From: Enterococcus phage vB_OCPT_CCS1
Sequence record: ON113170.1
Reading direction: 5' to 3' (one strand)
Length of the DNA: 64,000 nt
Of this stretch, positions 29,435 through 38,558 are shown in pieces; the first letter of the stretch is position 1; each line of letters starts with the position of its first letter. The position numbers and the translations under genes are program-made. The notes under the pieces were generated by a model that searched no databases, had not been told where the DNA came from, and worked only from the letters and a program-made list of their open reading frames with translations.

Positions 29435-30191
29435 GAGGAGCCTCCTTTTTAAACCATTTAGAGTTTGTAAATGCTAATACATCATTTGCTAGATATAACA
29501 TGTAAGTTAGCATTAGTACATAAACTGCATGTCCATGTAAAGCTGTTTGAATCCATAGAGCTACTGACATTAGTCCTTGGAAAGTCCAGAAGTAATATTG
29601 TGCTCTAAAGCCTTTCACACACAGTACAGCTCCAACTAAACCAATCATTGCACTTGTTGCATCTAAGAAAGCCTGCGGTGAATGTAAAACAACCGTATCT
29701 AATAAATATAAAGCAACCCAGAAAACAACAATAAGACCTAATGTTTTAAGCATGTGTACAGGTTGCATTTTACGAGGTTTCAAACCCTCATTCCATTGTT
29801 TAGAGAAGATGATAGGAATATCTAACAAAACAATATAAGCAGTTTGCATAATAATATCACTGTAATTACCTGTTACAGTTGCTACACCGATTAATAAAAT
29901 AGCAGAAATAAATCCTAAAATACCATTAATTGATTTACCCATTGTAATTGTTACAGTACATGTAAATCCAATAATTCCTGCAATTGTAGCAGTAAACCCG
30001 GTCATTGTTAACCCTTGACCTTGTAGCATAGGTAGAATAATACCGGTAAATACTTGGACTGCCATTCCGACAAACCATAATACACGAGCTGATTTGTTCC
30101 AACCAGTTAAACCATCTTTATAATATTCGTAAGTGAATAATTTTTCAATATTTTCTTTGTTATCTTTCCAAAACTTTTTTAACTTGTCCAT
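29427..30191 (-). CDS. PnuC-like membrane transporter (second copy)
   Basis: 254 aa polytopic membrane protein; similar layout to 26424..27161. Confidence 0.5.
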   Translation of the reverse strand: MDKLKKFWKDNKENIEKLFTYEYYKDGLTGWNKSARVLWFVGMAVQVFTGIILPMLQGQGLTMTGFTATIAGIIGFTCTVTITMGKSINGILGFISAILLIGVATVTGNYSDIIMQTAYIVLLDIPIIFSKQWNEGLKPRKMQPVHMLKTLGLIVVFWVALYLLDTVVLHSPQAFLDATSAMIGLVGAVLCVKGFRAQYYFWTFQGLMSVALWIQTALHGHAVYVLMLTYMLYLANDVLAFTNSKWFKKEAPHA

Positions 30192-30208
30192 TTGTTATTT
30201 TTCCTCCA

Positions 30209-31030
30209 TTAAATAGCTTTCTCTAGTGTGTATAAGTCTTGATTGTCAGTAAACTTGCTTAATTCATGGAAAGGTAGTTTACCCTCTAATCTATTGTATA
30301 GCTTCAATGCAACTTGTGTAGCGTGGTCTTTACACCAAGGTAAGCCATTTAACTCACATAAACATTTAACCGTATCTACAGTAGATAGTGCCCCGACTTC
30401 ACACAACTTACTCAAAATAATTGTTAACAAGTAAACACGGTCTCCTTTATCATTCACAAAGTCTTTATCTGTTACATCTAAAACAATTTTAGGGAATCCC
30501 ATATCTTTTTGTAACCAATTTTGATAGTTCTCATGATGCCGTTTAAAGTATTCGTATAATTCAGTACCCTCTTCTACTTTCTCAAACTCACGGGCACGTG
30601 CATTGATTCGTTTGATTTCTTCTTCAAAAGAACAATTTAATACAATCATTAAATCGGGAGTTTTTTTAGGTAATGGTTCTAATTCTTTTAACATACGATT
30701 AAGCAATCGGTGATAAACTCCCTGTTCCATTTCTGTGACATGACCCTCTTGTACTAGTTGGTCTAAGAAGATACTGTCTTCAAAAATAGAACGGTCTAAA
30801 ATACCGTTATCTACACTCATAGCTTCTTGAATCATTTCGAAGCGTTTAGACAACATATCTATTTGGAAAAGTAGTCCATACTTTGCTTTATCTTGGTAGA
30901 ACAATTCAAGCATTGGATTTTCCTCTACCGGTTCATAAACTGCTTTTGTATTTAAAAGATTTGCTAATATTTCTGTCATTGATGATTTACCTACACCAAT
31001 AACTCCGGCTAATGTAATTATCATAACCAT
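30209..31030 (-). CDS. deoxynucleoside kinase
   Basis: IITLAGVIGVGKSS P-loop, DRSIFEDSIF (dNK motif), and the ERxxxRxRxxE lid segment ARAREFEKVEE. Confidence 0.75.
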   Translation of the reverse strand: MVMIITLAGVIGVGKSSMTEILANLLNTKAVYEPVEENPMLELFYQDKAKYGLLFQIDMLSKRFEMIQEAMSVDNGILDRSIFEDSIFLDQLVQEGHVTEMEQGVYHRLLNRMLKELEPLPKKTPDLMIVLNCSFEEEIKRINARAREFEKVEEGTELYEYFKRHHENYQNWLQKDMGFPKIVLDVTDKDFVNDKGDRVYLLTIILSKLCEVGALSTVDTVKCLCELNGLPWCKDHATQVALKLYNRLEGKLPFHELSKFTDNQDLYTLEKAI

Positions 31031-31093
31031 CTCCTCTAACTTTTTCTTATTTTTGACAATATTAAGAGCCTGACTAGCAGGCTCTAATAAACC

Positions 31094-32094
31094 TTACATA
31101 TGTTTCACACGTGCATCTATTTCTTTTTTACGTCCGTGTGCATTAGGACGAGCTTGTGGTTGACCTATAAAATCAAGAACAAGTTTACGAGTATCTTCCC
31201 AGTTTGTGTTATCAAGACGTAAAAGCGGTATGTTGTTTTCCAAGCAGTAATTTGTCTTTACAGTATCTCGATATACACTATCTCGGTATTCCTCTTCATT
31301 TGAATAAAATATAGAACTAGGGTTACTATGCTGTTTACCATCGTATTCAATTATTGCTAGTACATTCTCATTTTCATCCACTAAGGAAAAATCAAACATT
31401 AAACCTCTAATACCATTTTTAGGGTTAACAATTCTTGGGTATTGATACCTGTAATTGACATTAGCTTCTGTAAGTATACGGTTTACCATAGTCTCTCCGG
31501 AAGACATTCCACAATGAATGCAGTAGCCACCTCTTGTAGAAAAATCATACGGAGAAACTTTTGATATTGAACCGCACTTCGTATGTTCTATTTCTATCGG
31601 CATCTTAGAGCGCTTGTAAGTGCCTAACACAACATACTCCCCATTGTAATCTTCAATAAGCTTGTAAAAGGCTTTTTTAACCCAAGGGGTGTTACTAAAA
31701 CAATTAGGACATTTAGTACCCATAGTTATTGGTAAGTCCGCTCTTGTTGAGTAAACAGTTCCACAAGATATATGTCTAACCGTTATGTCCTCTTTGTTAG
31801 TTTTATACTCACTTAATAACTCATAGTCACTACCCATAATTTCCATAAACTGTTTTCTATAGGATTCTGGGCTTTTTCTTCTTGACGTATCTTTGTAACA
31901 ATGTCTGCAAGTAAAACCATACTTGTAAATGTTGCTTGGTGTTCTCTCAATAATATTGCCACAGCTATGTTCAATACCCACTTTTTCTCTAGTACTAACA
32001 TAGGGTCTTACTATTGAGTACTCACCGTTAGTATTGTTTTCATCAAAATAGTCCAAGAATTTTTGTTTACTTTTCTCAATATTTTTTGTCATGT
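31094..32094 (-). CDS. homing-endonuclease-like protein (Zn-finger repeats + Vsr/DUF559-like nuclease motif) with NrdD-mimicking C-terminal tail
   Basis: three Cys-rich repeats in the N-terminal half; LAIIEYDGKQH matches the (V/I)EYDG..H nuclease motif; last 23 aa near-identical to the NrdD C-terminus; start moved to MTKNIEK with RBS AGGAGG. Confidence 0.55.
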
Positions 32095-32149
32095 TCACAA
32101 CCTCCTGTACATAAATAATATAGCACAAGACGTTGTGAACCGACAGCGA

Positions 32150-34321
32150 CTACATATGTTTTGCTCTGTGGTCGATTTCTACTTTTCTTCCGTGTGGCAT
32201 AGGTCTAGCTTGTGGATTTCCGAGATAGCCACATGTTCGTTTAACGACATCGCATGTTGCGGGGTCATTATTCCCACATTGTGGACATTCGTAGCCATCT
32301 GATGTGGGGTTAAACTCTCCGTCAAAACCACATTCATGACATTTATCAATTGGAGTGTTTGTTCCTAAGTAACCAACTTTATCATAGCTGTAGTCCCAAA
32401 CAGCTTCTAACGCCTTAAGGTTATGAACTAGTTTAGGATACTCTACATAGTGAATAAAACCACCAGAAGCATATTTTGGAAACTCTTTCTCAAAGTCAAT
32501 CTTTTCAAAAGGTGTTGGAGCTTTACGAACATCATAGTGGAAACTATTTGTATAGTATTCTTTGTCTGTAATGTTCTCGATGATTCCATATTTTTCTGTG
32601 TCCATACGACAGAATCTATCGGTTAGACTTTCACTTGGTGTTGAGTAGATAGAGAACCAGATGCCTGTCTCTTTTGTCCATTCATCCTTTTTATCATAAA
32701 GCTTACGTAGAACGTCTAAAGCAAACTCTTTTGCTTCTTCATGTCTTGGGTCTGTTTTATCTTGCCAGTCACCACCATAGAACATGCTAGCAACCTCGTA
32801 CAGCCCGATATAGCCCATAGAAACCGTTGCACGGTTATTTATGAACAATTGTTTTACATCGTCATCATCGGTTAAATTAGCCCCAAAAGCACCATGTTTG
32901 TACAAGATAGGAGCATTCTTTGGTTGAGCTTCGTAAGTACGTTCAATTCGATAAACCAAAGCATCATGTAATACCTTAGCTCGTTCTTCAAAAATTTCCC
33001 AGAAGACTTCTTTATCCCCTTCTGATTCAATAGCAATACGTGGTAAGTTAAGGGTTACTACTCCTAAATTCATACGACCAGAGTTTACTTCGTTTCCATG
33101 TTCATCTTTCCATCCTTGTAAGAATGAACGACAACCCATAGGACATTTAAATGAACCTGTTAGCTCAACAATTTTGTCATAGTTCAAAATATCAGGGTAC
33201 ATACGTTTAGCTGAACATTCTAATGCTAACTGTTTTACTTCATAGTTAGGGTCTTCTGGTTTACGGTTAACTCCGTCTTTAATAGTGAATAATAATTTAG
33301 GGAAGATTGCTGTACGTCCTTCTGTTCCTAGACCTTGGATACGTACTTTAAAAATAGCTTTTTGGATTTCTCTTTCCCAACGACCTGTACCTAAACCAAA
33401 GCCAATAGAGGTGAAAGGAGTTTGACCATTCGATGTAAATAACGTATTGATTTCATACTCTAGGCTTTGCATTGCATCGTAAATATCTTTGTTTGTTTTC
33501 TCGATTGCATATGTTTCTGGTTCAGGAATACGGTAACGTTTAGCATCCGCCATATGTTTTTGGTAATTCATTTCAGCATAAGGGGCTAATACTTCATCAA
33601 TGCGGTCAAACGAACAACCACCATATTGACTGGAAGCCACATTCGCAATAATTTGTGCTGTTTGTGCTGTAGCTGTTTGAATGGAATGAGGTGAACCAAT
33701 TTCTGCATTACCCATTTTAAACCCGTTCTTCAACATATATTCAAAGTCAATCAAACAACAATTAGTCATTGGACGGTAAGGTTGGTAGTCTAAATCGTGA
33801 TAATGAATATCTCCACGTAAATGTGCGTTAGCTACATGAGGAGGGAGCATTTTAAGACCCTCAACTTTGTTAACTGTACCTGCTGTAAGGTCTCGTTCTG
33901 TTGCAAAGGTATTTGAGTCCTTATTTGCATTCTCATTGACAATAGTTTTGTCCTTTTCTTGTAGCTTACGTAATCTTACATTAATATCTGTATCACCTGC
34001 ACGTTCAGCATCACGTAAAGAACGAAACTCAATATAGTTTCTAGCTACGTTTTTAGCAAAAGATTTCATTAATTCCTGCTCTACAATACTTTGGAGTTTT
34101 GCAATATCGACACGTCCTGTATCGCTGTAATGCTTCACTACAAAGCGTTTAACACGTTCAGCTATAATCTCTCCTAAATCTGTTTTAGCGCCCGTAGCAT
34201 CCTTCTCAGCTCGTCCTACGGCACGTACAATCCTTCCTTCATTAAACTTGACAGTTCTTCCATCTCGTTTAACTACAAAAATCTGTTTTGTCTTAACATC
34301 TACATCTTGTGTTTCTTGCAC
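32150..34321 (-). CDS. nrdD: anaerobic ribonucleoside-triphosphate reductase (class III)
   Basis: 723 aa; N-terminal ATP-cone (VVKRDGRTVKFNEGRI); C-terminal CxxC...CxxC zinc site and glycyl-radical motif RTCGYLG. Confidence 0.9.
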   Translation of the reverse strand: MQETQDVDVKTKQIFVVKRDGRTVKFNEGRIVRAVGRAEKDATGAKTDLGEIIAERVKRFVVKHYSDTGRVDIAKLQSIVEQELMKSFAKNVARNYIEFRSLRDAERAGDTDINVRLRKLQEKDKTIVNENANKDSNTFATERDLTAGTVNKVEGLKMLPPHVANAHLRGDIHYHDLDYQPYRPMTNCCLIDFEYMLKNGFKMGNAEIGSPHSIQTATAQTAQIIANVASSQYGGCSFDRIDEVLAPYAEMNYQKHMADAKRYRIPEPETYAIEKTNKDIYDAMQSLEYEINTLFTSNGQTPFTSIGFGLGTGRWEREIQKAIFKVRIQGLGTEGRTAIFPKLLFTIKDGVNRKPEDPNYEVKQLALECSAKRMYPDILNYDKIVELTGSFKCPMGCRSFLQGWKDEHGNEVNSGRMNLGVVTLNLPRIAIESEGDKEVFWEIFEERAKVLHDALVYRIERTYEAQPKNAPILYKHGAFGANLTDDDDVKQLFINNRATVSMGYIGLYEVASMFYGGDWQDKTDPRHEEAKEFALDVLRKLYDKKDEWTKETGIWFSIYSTPSESLTDRFCRMDTEKYGIIENITDKEYYTNSFHYDVRKAPTPFEKIDFEKEFPKYASGGFIHYVEYPKLVHNLKALEAVWDYSYDKVGYLGTNTPIDKCHECGFDGEFNPTSDGYECPQCGNNDPATCDVVKRTCGYLGNPQARPMPHGRKVEIDHRAKHM

Positions 34322-34471
34322 TCAAAGTTCCACCTTTCTTACAATATCTAGTATACTTAGTATAGCATAACAATACTTACAGTGCAAGATGTAATTGTTA
34401 ACAAAAAATAAAAGACTACAAACTAAGTTGTAGTCTTTTTCAACAAATATTACAAATTGATTAATTTTTTC

Positions 34472-34741
34472 TCAGATTAGTTCACCTAAGAAATCCTCAC
34501 CATCATCTGGTTTCTTGTTCTTATACTCGTCTGTTTTAAGCATTAAATACTTATTACCAGTTTCTACCTGTAATCTCTCAAATGCTCTACGGTACTCTTC
34601 GGCACTAGATGTAGCATCTAGTAAGAACTTAGCATTAAGAATAGCTAACACTGCTAGTAAGTCTTCTCTACTACCAGACATCTGTACCTTGACTGCACCA
34701 TCCTCAGTTGTATAAGCTCCGATTTTATTCTTAATTGCCAC
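34472..34741 (-). CDS. hypothetical protein
   Basis: ORF track 89 aa. Confidence 0.45.
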   Translation of the reverse strand: MAIKNKIGAYTTEDGAVKVQMSGSREDLLAVLAILNAKFLLDATSSAEEYRRAFERLQVETGNKYLMLKTDEYKNKKPDDGEDFLGELI

Positions 34742-34760
34742 AGTTACACCTCTTAATCTT

Positions 34761-35588
34761 TTAATTTAATTTAATTTTAGGCATAGCTTCAAGAAGTTTA
34801 TTATTGAACTTTCCAGAAATAACAGCTTCCCCAAGTTCATTCGTTACCACGGAAATCCAGTAAGGAGACTTCGGTTTCAAACGATTATTGTTAACATCTA
34901 AAAATGCTCGGAACAATCGAGGGAAAGAGGTCACCCCTACTAGTTTACTAGCAAGGTCATGTGCAATAACTTTCTTAGTGAAACGCTCTGCATTAAATGA
35001 GTCTAGCGTATATAACAAGAAATAAACTCCCTGCAACTGTGTGTTTGACCTAAAATCTGTTGAATCAATAAACTTTTGATAGGACTGAGCAAACTTGACA
35101 TATTCTTTATAGTTACGGAAACGGAATGCACCATCACGTACAACATCTGTTTTTCTTCCTGCTGTACTACTATAGCCTAGCGCAGTAGCAATAGTAGAGG
35201 ACACCCGTAATGCCGGATACGTGGACATCAAGTTCAATAGTTGTTTATAACTTTGGTATCCTGATTCGGCATACTTATGGATGTAGTCTTCGACCTTCCA
35301 TGATTTACTTGTACTATTCAATTCTGCAACGTCAATGTCACTGTCATCGAACGTATAAGTAATAGGTAACCCAAGCTCACGAGCTACAGCTAAACGGTGT
35401 TGTCCGTCAATAACTTCCATCTTTCGATTTACTTTAATCTCGGTAAGAACCCCACGTTTCGCAATTGAGTCTCGTAAAGCCTTAGAAATTTTAACTGGTC
35501 TGTTTCCTTTTAGTTGTTTGAACTTAGACAAGTCTGCTGTTTCATAGACCTGTTTTACTGCTTTATCTTGCTTCTTTTCTTTAGACAC
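34761..35588 (-). CDS. ParB/sulfiredoxin-like nuclease-domain protein
   Basis: RDSIAKRGVLTEIKV...IDGQHRLAVARELGL is the ParB N-terminal (ParBc) signature. Confidence 0.65.
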   Translation of the reverse strand: MSKEKKQDKAVKQVYETADLSKFKQLKGNRPVKISKALRDSIAKRGVLTEIKVNRKMEVIDGQHRLAVARELGLPITYTFDDSDIDVAELNSTSKSWKVEDYIHKYAESGYQSYKQLLNLMSTYPALRVSSTIATALGYSSTAGRKTDVVRDGAFRFRNYKEYVKFAQSYQKFIDSTDFRSNTQLQGVYFLLYTLDSFNAERFTKKVIAHDLASKLVGVTSFPRLFRAFLDVNNNRLKPKSPYWISVVTNELGEAVISGKFNNKLLEAMPKIKLN

Positions 35589-35606
35589 CTGTCATCTCTC
35601 CCTTAA

Positions 35607-35918
35607 TTATTTTTTGTATTGAATGCTTTGACTTACCTCAGTAATCTTCTTAACCTTTTTAAATACATTAGGATAGCATTTTTCTAAGGTATTTCGGTCT
35701 ACACCAATGCGTTCATAGGCGCTAATAAGTTTGAAAGTTCCGTATTGAGATTCAACTTTTGTTTTCTTAAGTTGAATCATTTGTTCAAGAATTTCTTTTC
35801 TAAGTTCATCTCTTTGCTCGTTTAAAGAATCGAGCAATTCCTGAACACGTTTGTATTCCTTAAAGTTGCGCTCTAATTCTTTTTCTTTTACTTCTGTAGT
35901 TGTTAGTCTCATGACCAT
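35607..35918 (-). CDS. coiled-coil protein
   Basis: ORF track 103 aa; heptad-rich; promoter at 35944-35972. Confidence 0.5.
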   Translation of the reverse strand: MVMRLTTTEVKEKELERNFKEYKRVQELLDSLNEQRDELRKEILEQMIQLKKTKVESQYGTFKLISAYERIGVDRNTLEKCYPNVFKKVKKITEVSQSIQYKK

Positions 35919-35943
35919 CTCTCCCTTTATTTACTATACTCAA

Positions 35944-35972
35944 AGTATATCATTACATATTATAAAAGTCAA
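35944..35972 (-). promoter_or_regulatory. promoter (gtgTTGACTT-N17-TATACT)
   Basis: exact TTGACT/TATACT with 17-nt spacer upstream of 35607..35918. Confidence 0.55.
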
Positions 35973-36012
35973 CACCTATCTTACAAAAAATTGCCAAAAA
36001 AATATTTGGCAA

Positions 36013-36243
36013 TCAGTTTTTGTCATCAGGTTCTAATAGCTTGTCCGCAGGCATATCAAAAATCCGAGCTAATTTAGCTTGATTATTTGCTCTGGGTTTT
36101 TTGATTCCATGCTCCCAATAGGATACAGTTGACCAGTGTACACCTAGTTTTTTAGCTACAGAACGCAAGGATTCATGCTTTTCTTCACGAACACGTTTCA
36201 GCACCAAGGGTTTTGGCTTGCTTTCCACGATTCTCCCCTCCAT
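36013..36243 (-). CDS. XRE-family HTH regulator
   Basis: LRSVAKKLGVHWSTVSYWEHG helix-turn-helix. Confidence 0.65.
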   Translation of the reverse strand: MEGRIVESKPKPLVLKRVREEKHESLRSVAKKLGVHWSTVSYWEHGIKKPRANNQAKLARIFDMPADKLLEPDDKN

Positions 36244-36286
36244 TCTATATGTAACTACAGCCCTAGGAAATCCTAGGGCAAACAGA

Positions 36287-37822
36287 TTATTTAAGTGCTT
36301 CTTTTACAAAGTCGTATTCTGGTTTATTTAACACAGACAACATCATTTCTTCTGGGGAAGTAACTTCTCCACCTAGTACTTGCGATAAAATATTTGTGGA
36401 GAATCCAGAAACTAACGCAACATTATCTTCGTTAAACCGTACTGGTAGATTATCATGACGAGATTGTACATTCCAGAAAATAATAGCAGGTAACTCGTAG
36501 CCATGATTTGCAAACTCCTGTTTTGCTTGCTCAAAGTTTGTTCTTTGTCCTCGTTCACAAGCAGTATTAAATTCCATATCACTGATAATAATAATCTTGG
36601 ATGGTAGTTCTTCTTGCGGTGTGTTATGCTTAACCGCAGTATCAAGAATCAATCGGAACACTGCTTGAATATTAGTAGAATAGCCAACTCTTGCACGGTT
36701 ATATACTCTCATACGGTCATACACAGTATCCTGTGGATTCAAATATACTAAACTAGGTTCTGATGCAAATGTAATGAAGTGATTAGCGAAAGTACCGTTT
36801 AATTTTTCAGCCGTGTATAATGCCAAACCTTGCGCAACATCCCAAGGGTAAACCCCGTTCGTTTCTGTCCAAGTCATTGAACTAGAAGAATCAGCAACTA
36901 CAATTGCGTTATCTTCCACATCCTTAATAACATCATCTAAAGACTGCCAAGTAGCTTCTAAAGAACGATTTACACCCTGACCTGCACGTGCTTTACGGTA
37001 TGCTCCTGTAATCTCGTGAGGTAATACCAAACTTGCATTAAGCTTTCCTTCACCCGACTCCACCTTTTCCATAAGCGCTTCATATTCATCTGGCATGTGT
37101 AATTGCAAAGCTTTACGGTATTTGAATAATGCTTTAGAGGATACTTGGTTCAAATCAATCTTATGGTATTCCTTGCTTGCTAACCGAACTTCAATTACAT
37201 TTAAGTAATCACGTAATTTAGCAATCATTTTACGATAACGAGTTAGACCTGCTTTGCCTTCAAAACCTAAATAGTTAGCAATACGAGCACCTTGATTACG
37301 TTTCTTACTATTTGGAGAACTTACATTAGCTAACCATTTACCTAGTAATGAAACAGGTTTACCCTCTGACATATTTTTAATATCTGATGTTAGTTGGTTC
37401 CCGATGATACGTGCACCTTCTGTATCCACAAAGTGGATACTACGTTTGTGTGCGTATTCCATAGTTTCAAATAAGTCTGTCCAACGACCAACATATGCCA
37501 TGTACTCCATTAAAGTAACGATTACTTGCTTGTTTTGGTTACGACCATCCACTAAGTATTTGATTGCTTCTAGGTAAGCGGAACGTTCACCCAATCCACC
37601 TAAACGGATATTACGTAAGTGTACCAAATTGCGTAATGCTAACTCTGGGTTTTCAGCATAAGCTTTAGAAAACATGTTTCGTACATCTTCTAAACGACCA
37701 CGCATAGCCCCTGCTTGTGCAAAGAAGTCTAAGTTAGCGTTTAAAGTTGATGTGTAAGTTTTAGCTCCATTTTCTGTATGTCCAACAGTTGTTTCTTCTT
37801 TTAGGTTGTCTAAAAATGACAT
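36287..37822 (-). CDS. rsr: Ro60/Rsr-like protein: helical TROVE-like N-terminal region + C-terminal vWA domain (also consistent with phage DUF2828-type annotation)
   Basis: 511 aa; ~310-aa helical N-terminal part; C-terminal vWA with MIDAS VVADSSSSMTW (DxSxS) and downstream IIISDMEF; architecture and size match Ro60; promoter 37864-37892 and RBS AAAGGAGAGATG. Confidence 0.55.
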   Translation of the reverse strand: MSFLDNLKEETTVGHTENGAKTYTSTLNANLDFFAQAGAMRGRLEDVRNMFSKAYAENPELALRNLVHLRNIRLGGLGERSAYLEAIKYLVDGRNQNKQVIVTLMEYMAYVGRWTDLFETMEYAHKRSIHFVDTEGARIIGNQLTSDIKNMSEGKPVSLLGKWLANVSSPNSKKRNQGARIANYLGFEGKAGLTRYRKMIAKLRDYLNVIEVRLASKEYHKIDLNQVSSKALFKYRKALQLHMPDEYEALMEKVESGEGKLNASLVLPHEITGAYRKARAGQGVNRSLEATWQSLDDVIKDVEDNAIVVADSSSSMTWTETNGVYPWDVAQGLALYTAEKLNGTFANHFITFASEPSLVYLNPQDTVYDRMRVYNRARVGYSTNIQAVFRLILDTAVKHNTPQEELPSKIIIISDMEFNTACERGQRTNFEQAKQEFANHGYELPAIIFWNVQSRHDNLPVRFNEDNVALVSGFSTNILSQVLGGEVTSPEEMMLSVLNKPEYDFVKEALK

Positions 37823-37863
37823 CTGACATCTCTCCTTTGTATGATAGTATTTTATCTAACACC

Positions 37864-37892
37864 ACTATAACATGTAATATTATGTAAGTCAA
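37864..37892 (-). promoter_or_regulatory. sigma-A-type promoter of the Ro60-like gene (gtgTTGACTT-N17-TATAGT family)
   Basis: minus strand TTGACT at 37887-37892, TATAGT at 37864-37869, 17-nt spacer. Confidence 0.55.
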
Positions 37893-38060
37893 CGCCTTTT
37901 ATAAATAAAAAACCCATCCATTTAAGAATGAGTTTTTTCATCTTAACCAGTAGTTAAGCGGGGGGGGCGCAACACCTTTTATTTAACTTGTCATTATAAT
38001 ATCAAGAACCACAGGCTTAATAATTAGATTTGAAAGGTTTAGTCTATTAGTAGTTGATTG

Positions 38061-38140
38061 CTGTAGGGTTCTTTATGCTCTGGCAACCTAGTAGGTTAGA
38101 GCTATGGCAAATTGCCAAAACCTTTTTATTATGTACAAGA
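38061..38140. repeat. structured ~80-nt repeat, copy 1 (two hairpins supported by compensatory changes)
   Basis: GCTCT-[AACCT-agt-AGGTT]-AGAGC then TGGCA-aat-TGCCA then AAAACCTTTTTAT. Confidence 0.5.
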
Positions 38141-38156
38141 ATCTATTTTATACGTT

Positions 38157-38213
38157 GCTCTAACCAAACTGAGCTACGGGAGGATGATTCCTCCCGGCAG
38201 GACTCGAACCTGC
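38157..38213 (-). ncRNA. tRNA-mimic module 1 (T arm + closed acceptor hairpin + D arm; no anticodon arm): YrlA-like Y-RNA candidate
   Basis: on the minus strand: GCAGG-TTCGAGT-CCTGC (T arm), CGGGAGG-aatcat-CCTCCCG (7-bp hairpin where acceptor strands would pair), TA, GCTCAGTTTGGTTAGAGC (canonical D arm). Confidence 0.5.
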
Positions 38214-38244
38214 GACCCACGGCTCCATAGGCAATAAAAATCGC

Positions 38245-38325
38245 TGTTAGATTCTTTATGTTCCGGCACCCATTAAGGATGGAACTATAGCTATGCTAAA
38301 ACCGTTTTATTTATGTAACAAGAAC
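38245..38325. repeat. structured ~80-nt repeat, copy 2
   Basis: GTTCC-[CCAT-taagg-ATGG]-GGAAC then TAGC-tat-GCTA then AAAACCGTTTTAT; stems covary with copies 1 and 3. Confidence 0.5.
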
Positions 38326-38338
38326 GCATTAACTTTAA

Positions 38339-38390
38339 GCTTTACCAATTAAGCTATACCACCAATGGTGGCAGTTGGATTCGAACCAAC
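38339..38390 (-). ncRNA. tRNA-mimic module 2 (same permuted architecture)
   Basis: GTTGG-TTCGAAT-CCAAC (T arm), TGCCACC-att-GGTGGTA (hairpin), TA, GCTTAATTGGTAAAGC (D arm). Confidence 0.5.
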
Positions 38391-38427
38391 AACTCACATT
38401 TTTCAGATGTATTAGTTTTAAAAATTT

Positions 38428-38510
38428 GCTGTGGCGTTCTTTATGTTCCGGCTACCTGTTAGGTTGGAACTATGACATATGTCAAAACCTTTTTATCTTG
38501 TCTTTATAAT
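38428..38510. repeat. structured ~80-nt repeat, copy 3
   Basis: GTTCC-[ACCT-gtt-AGGT]-GGAAC then TGACA-ta-TGTCA then AAAACCTTTTTAT. Confidence 0.5.
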
Positions 38511-38558
38511 AGCATAAGCTATTTAAACTGTCAAGTATTAATTTAAATATATTGAAAC

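Noticed and set aside
31813-32001. Short ORF 31813..32001 nested in the HEG-like gene
   Set aside because: Same strand but different frame inside a longer ORF with recognisable motifs. Spurious.
38175-38196. Hairpin CGGGAGG-atgatt-CCTCCCG first read as a transcription terminator
   Set aside because: No U-run follows on either strand. It is flanked directly by a canonical D arm and T arm, so it is better explained as the closed acceptor stem of a tRNA-mimic module.
38189-38213. T arms at 38197, 38374 and 39482 first taken as ordinary minus-strand tRNA genes
   Set aside because: No complementary 5' acceptor strand exists 55-90 nt away. Instead the D arm lies on the other side of a closed acceptor hairpin (permuted order). 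Reclassified as ncRNA modules.
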